Origin: Paraspadella gotoi
Lineage: Eukaryota > Animalia > Chaetognatha
DNA: 64,000 nt
NCBI GenBank assembly: GCA_051294375.1
Contig: CM119266.1
Coordinates: 5,013,770-5,077,769 of the forward strand
Direction of reading: 5' to 3'
Shown piece after piece: positions 1-12,500 of this stretch. The position numbers were made by a program, and so were the translations under genes. A model generated the notes under the pieces. It was given only the letters and a program-made list of their open reading frames with translations, was not told where the DNA came from and searched no databases. The first letter of the stretch is position 1. The number at the start of each line of letters is the position of its first letter.

Positions 1-1944
1 GTTGGTTGTTTCATCTCGTCGCCTGATGAACTAGAACTCGATCGCCATGAGTCTCTCTTCAAATCTGAATCATCAAAAACGTTTCTACCAATACCCCTTT
101 TATCAGTGTCTCTTTTGTCATCATAACTTTGCCTATCTTCGTATAATTTGATCTTTACCCGCTCTCTCGATCCAGATCTCCTGCCTGAGGATCTGTCGGT
201 CTCCTTATCATAATTGGGACTATAACTACGTCGCCTTTGCGGCGGCGGCGGCGGAGTGTAAGCTCCCCGGTTTTTTCTCATCTTTTCCGGTGATCGGGTT
301 GAATCAGAATTATTCCTCATTCTCTTATTTCTCTCGCTCGAATTTGACCTGGACCTTTCACGGGATTTGGGGTCAAAATTGCGAGTCCTCTCAGCCGATC
401 GAGGCTTTTCGTTCGATCCGGATCTAGGGGCTTTTGACGAAGACGTTGACGACGAAGCCTGGTTCGAGTTTCTCGACTCTTGTCGCCTGCCCGATGGACT
501 GCTCCAATAATCACTCCTTCCGCCCTCCATCTCCTTATTCTTTCTGGCCAAATACTGAGCGGGTGGATGGTAACAAGGCTCATTTATTCTCTTTGGCCCC
601 CACAAGAGATTGGTCGTTTGCGGAGTCAAATTGGATAAGTTTCTTGGATGCAATTGAGCGTTTCTCACGTTGGCCGTGCTTCTTTGAAGAGCGCTGTTCC
701 GACGAACGCTGTTCAGGATTCTCTGTTTGTTATGATTGTCTGTGAAGGCCGGCCTCTTTAATGTCACCTTTCTTTCCGAATCAGACTCGGGAGAGATCGG
801 CATCGGGTGATCGATCGTCTCTTGCTGTTGTTGTGCCTTTTGCGTAACTTTTATCTGAATTTCTCCCAAATGTTTAGCGAATTCTCTCTCTTTGTCGTTA
901 GATTGATCTTCGCTTTTCGTTTTGTCCTCATTTTTATCATCAGATCCGAGTTTTATGATAACCTCCTCTTTTTCTTTAGAATCCAATAAATCATTCAAGT
1001 CGGTCGCCATTTTGTCTTCGTCTTTGGCGACATTTTCAACTTGAGTGGCTCCATCTTTAAAACTCAAACCGTTTCCTTTCTGAGTCTCTTGATCTCTAGT
1101 TATCAAACAAAGCGAACCAGTGAGGTTTTTGACCCAGTCCGCCTGAACTCCTTTGTCCTCGTAAACGTTGACATTTTCCACTTGTGTCTCTTTGTCCTTG
1201 AACAATCTGACCATGTCTGCTTGAATGGCCTTTTCGCGAGTGGGCTTGACTATCTCTACTTGAACACCTTCATCGGACTGTTTGACGACGAGTTTCTTGG
1301 TGGGTTGTTTATCAAAGGTGTAATACTGATGTTTCAACGTCTCTGTCAGCGCTTCGAAGTAACTGTTGATATCATCCTTTTTTTTGGGGGGGGTGGGAAA
1401 TAATAGGTTATTTTATATTGATCAATAAATAAATGATCGATTTTGATGTTTAGGGAAAGGTTAATTTTATTTTATTTTAAAATAAATTTTTAAATTTCTA
1501 GTAACATTTGTATTGAATTTTTTCATGTTTTTATTATTATATTTTATTTATATTTTTTCATTATAATATTGCCTTATATGTTAAATTTAATAAAAACAAT
1601 GCTTATAAAAATCTTTATCAGTGATTCAATATTTAAATTTGTTAAATTAAAAAAAAAAGAAAAATACAAATTTCTTGTTTCATTTTCGTTTTTTTATTTA
1701 CTTGGAAGACCCAAAACTTGCTTTTTTGTTCTTCATTTTCACGCACAGAACTCTGGCACATTGCACATATTCCCATACTACATACTGTGAGATTGTTTTC
1801 CTCCGTCTTGGTCTTGCAACTTTGGCACAATGTTGGAAATATATCCATAGTTTTCTCCATTAATGAATTCACAACACACGTGATAAACTGAAGTTGAACC
1901 AAAATGTCGTCGATTCCGTAGAGATCTTCGTTTTTCTCGTCCAT
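1..1944 (-). CDS. Unassigned, largely low-complexity protein (Cys-containing N-terminus, repeated xxxxQV/QA motifs, R/S-rich region); 3' end runs off the window
   Basis: ATG at 1944, exon 1944-1702 with GT donor (phase 0), acceptor at 1377, then a stop-free frame from 1376 to base 1 (DDINSYFEALTETLKHQYY...RERSRSNSSER...PPPPPQRRRSYSP...). Confidence 0.75.
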
Positions 1945-2456
1945 CTTTTTATGTTTTGTGGTTTTTGTTTTTGTTTTTGTTTTGTGTTTTTTGTTTCAAT
2001 GTTTTTTTTTGTTTTTTTTTCACTGTTCCGTATTTACGGAATAAAAAAACACGAATAGAATTTGAATAATAATCTCAAGTTAAAGTTCGATGATTCCTTC
2101 AGAACTGGTCATGCGGGTTTAAGAGAGAAACGACCAAAATTTCTCCTCCATTTTATCGCATTTGAGAGTTTCTTTTTTAGTCAGTCGGTCAGTCTCTCTC
2201 TCTAGATTTTTCAGTTAAACTAGGGGCTTATTTTTACATTCGCCGACCGGGACTTTGAGGTCGGTAATTTTTTTTTCGCTTCTTATGAGCGACTTATATA
2301 AAAATCTCGTTATGCAAAAAAACAGACACTGGTAAGGGGAGAAAAACTGTTATTACAAATTCATAACCATTAACCACCCCTAATCCCTAACCAACCTTAA
2401 CCCAATTGCTAACCGTTTAAAAAATATAACACAAAAATATTGTTTTTCTTTTCCTT

Positions 2457-2712
2457 GTTTGTTTACGTACAACGAGTTTTATTAAGAAACAAATTTCGGA
2501 TATGTTTTGGCTTCAATGTAAACCTCCATCAGTGCAATGACGAATTGATTTGTGAAAAAATTATTTTTACAGACTATGAAGTTTTTAAGAGAGAGAAAGT
2601 CTGTGAAAATATCTGTTTCACAAATTAATTCGTTTTTGCGCTGATGAAGGCTTCCATTGAAGCTGAAACGTGTCCAAAATTTGTTTCTTTATAAAACTCG
2701 TACGTAAACAAA
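2457..2712. mobile_element. Inverted repeat with minimal hammerhead-ribozyme motif (Penelope-like retroelement remnant)
   Basis: Arms ~2457-2557 and ~2616-2712 are diverged reverse complements. The right arm has CTGATGA-a-GGCTTC catt GAAGCT-GAAAC-GT-GTC at 2641-2674. Confidence 0.6.
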
Positions 2713-3522
2713 AAATTCATTTTCTATCTCAAACATAATAATAGAAATTAAAATAAATTTGAAACAATTATTATTTATTATAAAATTATAAAATTTGTAT
2801 TACTGAACCCAAAAAATGTATATTATTGCGCAAACTGAGACTCGACACTAGAGGGAAAACAAAATTAAATGGATTAACACCGACCGGGTGGTACCTAAGG
2901 TTGGTTGCGGACGTCGAATAGTAAAGTTACCCAAATTAGGAAATGTTGTAGCTTTCAAATTCTGATTGGTTAAACCGGTTTGAGGAGCGTTAAATCGAAT
3001 CGAATGAAACCCGTTTTTGAAGGCTTCTCCACGCCCGTAGGAAGTGCGCCTGATCTTAGCGTGTTAGGGTGGATCGTTATATTGTTGAAAATTTGATTTG
3101 ATTTATTATTTAAATATTTTATTAACACATATTTTAGAATGATTTTTATTTTTAAATTAGTAGTCTTGTAAGTTTTTTAGGTTTAATTTATATAATGAAA
3201 TTAATTATTAAATAGTTAAAATGATAGAATATCTTACTTGATGGAGAAAACTATTGTGTACATGTTTTGGGCATATTATCCTTCTTTATCAGTAAGAAAA
3301 TATTAAATTTTAAACATTAATTCTAAAAATGTATATTTTAATAACATTGACATTAGTTTTCTATCGTTTGATAATTAACGCGCCATAAGCACATTTATAG
3401 ATCGAGTCTTCCACGTCGCAAAATTTGACGAGAGAAACAAACTCAATCAGAAAAGACTTTTTGAGAGGCGGGGAATAACCGCGTGGTTTACTGAACAACC
3501 AGATTGATAAAACGACTTGATA

Positions 3523-3525
<3 letters not shown>

Positions 3526-3595
<70 letters not shown>
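3526..3595. repeat. (CT)n microsatellite (others at ~24886-24950, 26734-26770, 26849-26886, 42634-42713, 43656-43708 and 62988-63545)
   Basis: Pure or near-pure dinucleotide runs. Confidence 0.97.
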
Positions 3596-3599
<4 letters not shown>

Positions 3600-4153
3600 C
3601 AAGATGTTGCAAAACTAATAGTAACAAACAAACATGATTAATAGGGGTTTTAAGTCTCTCTTCCTTTCTCTCTCTTCTAGATGTCGCAAAATGGAATAGC
3701 TTAAACTAAGTAATAGTAATTAATAGTAACGGACAAACAGGTTTAATAGTCTCACAGTGTAATAGTTTAATAGTATATATATATATCTCTCTCTCTCTCG
3801 CTCGGATATCATATTTCGGATAACTAGGTCGTTAGTTGTTCCAGGCAGATTAGCTCGGAAACTTTCCCAATAAATGAGGTTGTATGTTATCTAATTAGTA
3901 ACATAGCATCTTCAGATCATAAAATCAAAATTTTTTTTAATCCATTTGTTTAAAAAGCAGTTTATTTTAATAAATATTTCTAAAAGATATATTTAACTTT
4001 TTAATATCTTTAAATCTTTACTCTAAAATGGTAAACAAATTGATAAACATTGGTCAGTAGTCAGTAGACTATTGGTTTATCCTTAACAAAATATTATTCT
4101 TAATTCGATTTACACATTTATTTATAATTCTTTTAAATGTTTTGGTTTTTAAG

Positions 4154-7100
4154 GATTCCAATTTCTGCTGGCTCTTATCGCTGGCTCGATCGACTCTTTT
4201 ATCGACATCTTGAACGACATCTCCAAAGATTATCGCTACGTCGCCAAAGTATTGGCAATTGAGAAGAAGATCCTTAAAGCTAAAGGAGAGGTAATAATGT
4301 TTTAAAAATATATACTATAATTATTTGTTTTTTAAATTAAATTATTGTGAAACGGTATGAAAAATTTTTGCCTAGATTTCGCAAGGTTGACTATTTTAAT
4401 ACTAAAACGTTGGTATTTAAATCTTATTAATTCTTTTATTAAAGTATTTCTTCATGTACAATTTTACAATAATTTTCCCATCCCCATACGGCCCCAGCTG
4501 AGGGATTACCCCCCTCCGAACCAACCCAGCTCCCCGATAACTCAGGGTGTCCCAGACAGTGATGGGTGCATGGCCGTTGGGGTGGTCGACCCCAGCGAGT
4601 ATGCTGAGGAAGTCCCATTGGTAGGAAACGCGTAACGGTTTTAGCCTTGGAGTCCCGGTTACTAATCTTAGCTAATTTCGTTTTAATTAATTCGGGAAAA
4701 TCACGGATTTTGTAGTAGAGCTTGGGATCAGTCTTTTTTTTGGATTCAAGCTTTCCATTCTTGGATCAGCCCACGAATTTTAATTATTTCCTAATTTATA
4801 ATTTCGTTAATTTAGTATGACAACTACCTAAAATAAATCATCCGGAACAAATATAAATGCTGACAGTTTTTCCTGTATTTGTTTATAAATTAGTTAAAAT
4901 AAAAACTAATATTAAAAATAAGTAACAGTGGCATTTTCATCTAAAATGATGCATAACCTAATTTTTTATGTATGTTGAAAAAATCTTAATTAAATAACGT
5001 AAGACTTTATATATAACGATTTCATATGGATTATTCTAATATGTAATTTTAAAAATATTACTAACTGAAAGATAAACGTAGCACCTCAGAATTTTTCGTC
5101 GCTTTCATTCTCTGTCCTTTAAAGTTGTTTGGGTTTACAACTATAATGTATTATAATATTTGGTGATTGACATTTTCTTATTTATTTCAATTGGTGATAA
5201 TGAAGCTTTACAAATTCTTTCTTCACCGATGAATGTAGCTCGATTATCGAATGAACCAAAGATCGAGGAACGGACAAATTGCAAATCTTCAAACTCGGCC
5301 CAAGGTAGACCTTTGGTGTTTTTCTTTACAAATCAAGGCTAAAAAATTAGTTGAAATCTGTTAAATATAATAAAATATATGTTTTGATCTATATCATATT
5401 AATTTAGACGTAATTTTACGCAAAATTTATCTTGGATGAATGAAACTCTATCTTTATTCATTAGTCTAAATCAAAGATACTTATTCTTGTTCAAAATACA
5501 AAGTTGCTAAAACTAATATATCAAATGAAATGGTTTTCACTTTTTTAAAAATGTTTCAAATCTTAATTAATTAAATCAATACGTATAGTTTTTACTTTTT
5601 TCATTTTATAAAAATGGATAAACTATGTCAATTCATAGAGTTTTTACTAGGATTTCCCTTTTGTTATTTTTCAGCAAGAGTACGGGGCGTTCGATGTCGT
5701 AGGAGCCGAAGGAAAAGTCGAAGAACAAACGGTCGTGTAAGTATTAATGTTTTAAATGTCGCGCTTAATTTAACATTTATCTAGTTTTATACACGAATCT
5801 TAAACCTTAGATTTTAGATTAACTCTTTCTTTTCTGACACACACTGGCTATTTCTTATCAATTCTCTTTCGTGCGATTACTCTGTGCGTTAATGCTACCT
5901 TAGCGTTGTGAATTACGATTACACCGAATTGGAAGTTCGGTTTACCGAAATTCCTAAGCGTTTATATGTTAAACAAGACAGGTATACTTTTTGATACCCT
6001 TACCTTCAATAACGAACTTGTTATGTCTATTACAATAACTGCTTGCTAAACTCTAAAATCCTCTTGTATATTTCGCATGAATGTTAATAAATAAATAAAT
6101 TACGAAATCAATAATTACAAAATTTAAATGAAACAAAACAAATTTTGTACGTCGGAACAATTAATTCTTAAATCCTTACTGATTAATGCTATATATATTT
6201 ATGTTATCCGCTTTTTTTATAACCATATTAATCCGTTTTGATCTTTTGTTTACCCTGACCCCCATCTAGTGGCGAATTGGTATTAGACGTAACCGAGGTT
6301 GGGGAGAAGAAATTCGAAAGATCTCAGCCCAGGTTGCTGCGTCTATTCATCGCGCTGTACCATGGGCTCGTGGCGCGATCGGAATTATTGTGCTATTTTG
6401 CCATGGTGAGGGTCAAGGGAAGTTTTTTAATAATTGACTTTTTAGGGATAGTTTATTTGGGTCGAATGTTTAGATAACATATTTAATAAAATTTGAAAGA
6501 AAAAGTAATTTAAATATTTTTTATATAAACGAAAATAACTAAACTGAGAGTCTTAATTTTTAAAACGTCGCTTGTTCGAAGTCTGGAGGAAATATAGTTT
6601 ATGTATTAAATGGTTAATTTCAATTTTTGGTTGTATAAATTTAATTTATTTGTAGGATTTAATGAGTTCAAGTAAAAGTAATAAACCTTATTTTAAGTTA
6701 ATTAGCCTTTCAGTTTTAAAACTGTTAAAATGAAGTAATTTTGAATTTCTTTGTCCTTAAATCGTATCAGTTTTATAATTTATAATCTAATCTCTTTTCA
6801 ATTTTTTTCAGATTCTCAATCAAATGACGTCGGCCTCCGTTCTCTCGCTTCCTCTTCCAATCATGATCTTTTTATGGGCGATGTTATCAGTGCCACGCCC
6901 ATCCAAAACATTTTGGATCACCGTTATCACTTACACCGAGGTGAGTAGGTCTCATTTATCTATCTGTAATAAGCATGTTATAGGCATTATGAGAGCTCTG
7001 TCAATGTCTACAAGCTATAGTAAATACCTAAAGCCAGACGCTAAACGCCGAAACAGTCTCGCTACTGAGTAATCGGAATAGTCAAAAAAAAAAGTTGTGA

Positions 7101-9508
7101 CAATAAGTTACAGGATTTTAAAGTCATAGCCGTCGCGTTTTCAGTGACTTAAATTTTAATCATTTATGTAAAATACAATGAGACTAGATTTCGAAGTATT
7201 TGGGGGGGGAGGAGGTGGGGGGGTGGGAGAGAAAAAAGACAAGAGTGGAAGGACAATTTTCATACTTAATTGCGAGAGAAAATGTGATATTTTAACTAGT
7301 TTAGAAAGAAAACAGTAATTTTGGTTGGTTTATGTAAACTCTATATTATCTTTATATTAACATTACATGCGGTTACAGCGCTTTTTTATTTTCTTGAGCT
7401 TTTTTTTTTTTTTGGTGTGAAGTCAATTTTCACCTACACAAGAAAAAAATGTGCAATTTTAAAGGAAGAAGAAATTGTAACTACTGCTAGCGGAGGGAGA
7501 AGGGCGGGGGAGATAAAGTGCCGGCGCCAAAACCATTCACAACTTTCACAAGGAAGTTTTGGTTTTTGTCAAAAAAAATCTCTCTTGGCAATTGAGCCTA
7601 TTAAGTTATTACAATGTACAATTACAATGTACACAACGAGCTTTTTTTTTTCTGCCATTAACGATATCACAGTTATTACATACAATTTTCTTTCAAATGA
7701 AATGCGCAAGAACAATCGTTTTTTTTTGTGAACTTTTTATTTTTAATGTGAAAAAGTTCGGAGTGAATCACGTGACTTGCACGAAGGAAAAAAAAACAAC
7801 AAAAGACTAACGCAACTAGAAATGCGGGAGAAATATTACAAATTATTACTAATAATGTTGCTTTGTTAATATGAATTGTAAATTGGCTACAAATCCTAAA
7901 AAAGTATGGACTATGGATGAAATACTCTCTCATTGGAACTACAAACGCTTGAAGAGATTTAAAGATCATCAAAAAATTATTGACCCGACTCTTTAGAAAA
8001 AGGCCGATTTCAAAAATAAAATGTATAGAGACTCTTTCTCTTAAATTTACCATATTTTACCTTGTAAAAAAACATCTTTGAAGATAAAGTTTTTGCCCCA
8101 GTGGAAAACTTTCTTAAATATGCCATTCAAAATATGCTCTTTAATTTAAAAATCTATTTTTAACATTCATCCTCTTCAAAAAACATTCGCTATTATTATG
8201 TAAATTAACATTTGGAAACCTAGCTCTTCTCAGACTTTCTTCTCTCTTTCTCTCTGTCTCTCTCTCTCTGTCTCTCTCTCACGCGAACATCTTGATCTTA
8301 GCCGTGATCGCCAGTCTGCACATGTGGCAGCTGACGAGATGCTCGGCGCACCCCGCGCAAGCGGTGTGTCCGCAGTTGAAGACGGTATCCCGTCTTTTTT
8401 CGAAGCAAATGCTGCACAGCACCTCGGCCTGAAGCGCCTCTAGCGACGCTGATTTGCGGCGCAGCTCCGACTCCATGCGGAGGATCTTCTGCTGCAGCTC
8501 CGTCATTTCCGAAGGCGCGAGACCGGATCCTCCTTCGGCGCCTGCGAGACCGTCGTCGTCATCTATGTCGTCGTCGTCATCGTCGCGCGTCTTTTGTTTA
8601 TCTTTGGATCTGTTTCTCCGTCGCTGCCGTCGGAGGCGCTTCGAGGAGGAGGAGGAGGAGGAAGAGGGCGAGGGGCCGTCGTCGAAACGGAGTTGGTATC
8701 CGTCGGGATCGAGTTTGACCAGGACCTCGCTTTGGTTGTGGGTTGGGGGGGTAGGATATTAAAATATTAAGAGTTTGGTATATATTATATTAATTTTAAT
8801 GTTACCAAAAAAATTCAAAATTAGTATCTTTTTCTCTATCTTAATTTTTTTAAATTTGGAATATTTAATATGTTATTAATTTATTGTGATAGTTTTCCAA
8901 TTCTCTTTGCTTTATTTCAGACAGCTACAACCTTTATAAACTATTATTTTTTATTCTTATTATATTATTATTTATATTATTATTATTATAATTAATATTA
9001 CTAATTCACCCGTCGCANNNNNNNNNNTTATATTATTATTTATTATTAATATTATTATTATTATTATTAATATTAATAATTCACCCGTCGCATTGAGGGC
9101 ATCTCGTAGCCCCAATGGCGCAGTCGATGCAGGTCACCGCGTGACAACACGGGCTGAATTTAATGTAGACCGGTTCTTCGCAACACATCATGCAGAGCAG
9201 CGTTTGTATGCGAGAGCCTCCAGCGGCGCCCGCCGAAGATTCGCCTTTTAAATTAAACAAATGAACAGTGTCTAAAAGATATCATGGTGAAGAAATTAAT
9301 AAATTCGAATACTTAAACATAATTCATTCTTGTAAGAAGTTAAATAACAGGAATTATACCTACGATAAATAATAAAATTTTNNNNNNNNNNGATATCATG
9401 GTGAAGATATTAATAAATTCGAATATTTAAACATAATTCATTCATTGTAAGAAGTTAAATAACCGGAATTATACCTAAGATAAATAATAAAATTTTAAAA
9501 TAATAATG

Positions 9509-9544
<36 letters not shown>

Positions 9545-12500
9545 TTTTATTTAGGATACTAAAATATGTCAAATGAGTGTATCTCATAATTTTTTAATAT
9601 TATATTTAATTTCCCGAATATTAGTGGTTGGTTTTAAACTTACCCAAAAACTCGACCCTGTACTGCGTGACCTCAAAATCGTCCGGGTTGAGGTAAGTCA
9701 GCTTCTCCACGATCATATCCATGATGACCTGTTCGTTCTCGTCCCTCGCCACTTTGAACACCGTCCGTCCTTGGTTGTCTTTGATCTTCAAGTCGAGGTT
9801 CTTCTCGATGAAGTTCTCCAGCAGGAGCCGCACCAGCAGCCGGTGCTTCTTCTTGACGGCCTTGTGGAGGCAGGTCTGCCGGTCTTAGTCTGCTACAGGA
9901 TGGCATTCTTGTGGTATAATTTACCAAAGATAACTTGGGGGGGGGGAGAAGGAAGGTCGCAATAAGAATAGCAAAAGTTCAAAAAAAGGTTTTCAGCTTT
10001 AGTTTGGGGTTTCAGCATGTTGCTAATGAGGCTCTGACCCGTCGAAGGATTGTAGAATGTTACATTGCAACTCAGAAATACAGTTTTTTTAAATTATTAT
10101 GTTATGCTTAATCTTATACCCTGACTGCCATTTGCCAATGAAAACTATTTATTTTTTTACATAATCATTAATCGATACTCATTAATGAATTTCAATAATT
10201 ATTAATAATTACAAACCAACAGCAACCAGTACAAAATCCCCACCAACCTGCAAATTGGTGTCCTCCATGTGAGGAATAAGGACTCTGGCCATCGCGATAT
10301 TCTCCAGGTGAATGGCCCAATGCAGAGGCGTTCGGCCAAGAGAGTCTTGATGATTGAAGTAGATCTGGTCGCCGCCGTAGACGTAGATGAGGTCCATCAT
10401 CTCCTGGTCGCCCACCTGAAGTCGGTCGTCAATTCGTGGAGGGTGTTAGGAATTACAATTTCAATTATAGAGAAGTAAAATACTGTGGGAGGTAAGAAAT
10501 GTGGGATCGGATACCAACGAAACTCTTGAATTAAATCTTGGGTTTGGCCGGGTTATTTTCTTGTAATTTAAAAAAAAAATTAGTTGTACCACTTTCAATG
10601 TTAATGCATATATTATTTTGACCTCAGATATTTAAAAATATCTGCAGATCTGACATTAAATAAATATGCTATAAATGTAAACAATGTAAACAAACCTGAA
10701 CGGCCCAGTGGATGGAGGTTCTTCCTTGAGCGTCGGCTTTGTTGACCTCCGAACTTCTCGTCGACAGCAGAAGCCTGAGGATGTCTTTGTTCTGATTCTT
10801 GATCGTCCAGATGAGAGCGGAGTCTCCGTTCATAATACTTTCAAGCAAATCCAAGATTCGAGCGCATTCGTCTGACGGATGAAGAATGATTGATTGATTG
10901 GGTCATGTAAATCATGGCTTGCTTTCAACTTGCTTTCTTTCTTGCCTTTTTTGCTTAATTAGCTGTTATCTATTATGCCTCGAGATTACCAGAGATACAA
11001 CCAATGCATGAAATTACAGAAAAAATAATAAATGATAATAAGTTTGATAAGTAATGCAATCACAATATCCTTATTATCTCACAATCACACCCGCTGCCCT
11101 TTTTTTCACGACCATTGTCGCACTTGCGTGACTTTCGGCGATGTCCATGACGGTTTTCCCGCGGTTGTTCCTTGTGTTCAGCTCCGGATTCGGCGTCATT
11201 GTCAACAGAAGAACAACGAGAAAAACGTTTTTCTTCGCGGCCGCGAGGTGGAGCAACGTGTTGCCCTCGGGGTCCCGCACATTCGTTTGAACTCCTAAAA
11301 TGAAAATTTTTTTAATTAAAATTAATTATAAAATTTACGTAAATAAATCTAACAATTTAAAAATTGAAAAATATCTAATAAGTAATTTAATTATTAATCT
11401 AATATCTAATAAGTAATTGTGCAATTTGCATGAGGAAATATTTGAAGGAGCAGGTGTAGATAATTGAAACTTTCCAACTTATTAATTTACATCTACATCT
11501 TCATATTTGCGGGATAGCGCCACATTCTCCGCTGAATCTAGATCACTCCAGCTCACCTGCCGTGTTCTTATTTATTTCTCTACCCTCCTTGATACTCACG
11601 ATTACCAACGTGCTAAGTCCTACATGCTCCTACATGCTCCTACATGCTCCTACAGGCTCCAGTCTCCCTTAAATACCTGGATGCTTGAGCAGTGCTTGGA
11701 GGATCTCCACGCTCTCTACGTCGATGGCAAAGTGGATGGGATAGAACATCCTGTTGCTCTTTGCGTTGACGTCGCAGTTGGTGTGACTAAGCAACACTTC
11801 TACAGTTCGTTTCTGTTTCTTAGCAACGGCGACGTGAAGCGGCGTGCGTCCGTCGCAGTCGGGAATGTTGCAGTCGCAATCTGGGGGATGTTGAAGGGAT
11901 GTATGAATGAATGAATGTATGAAATGAATGAACTGAAATTGATTTCAATAAATGAATGAATCCGATGTTAATGAACTGGATTTAAATGAATGATTGAACT
12001 TGATTTGAATGAATGAATAAGCTGGATTTGAATGAACTTGATTTAAATGAATGATTGAACTGAATTCGAATGAATGAATGAATGAATGTCCTTTGGATGA
12101 TTTCTTAAACGTCACTCAGGCCTTCAGATTAATGTTTAGTAACATATGGACAAGAAGATAGTCGAAAAATTGACTGATGAACCGACCTAAAGTTTCCTAA
12201 TGACTGCAATGACTGACCGACCGACAGACCGCCGTGTCCCACCAACCTGGCAACGATAGAAATAGGTTCATGACGCTGATGTTCTCCTTGCAGATGGCGC
12301 GCATCAGTGGCGTGTCCTCTCGACTGTTGCGAATGTTCATGTCGCTGTTGGACGTGAGAAGACACGTGACGACGTCGACGTTGCCAGCGTCGACGGCCAA
12401 ATGCAATGGAGTGTTTTGGATCGAATCCAATGCGTTGACCTGATTGGTTTAGGATCTAGGATTAGTTAATAATTAAAATAATGTCATTAGTGTTCGCTGT

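Noticed and set aside
4600-4640. Hammerhead-like CTGAGGA...GAAACGCGTA in a GC-rich intronic patch
   Set aside because: Stem II is mismatched and no stem I partner is visible; at most a decayed remnant.
8950-9500. Apparent duplication of the RING-exon donor and intron segments
   Set aside because: Duplicates directly flank N gaps; most likely unmerged contig overlaps or haplotypes.
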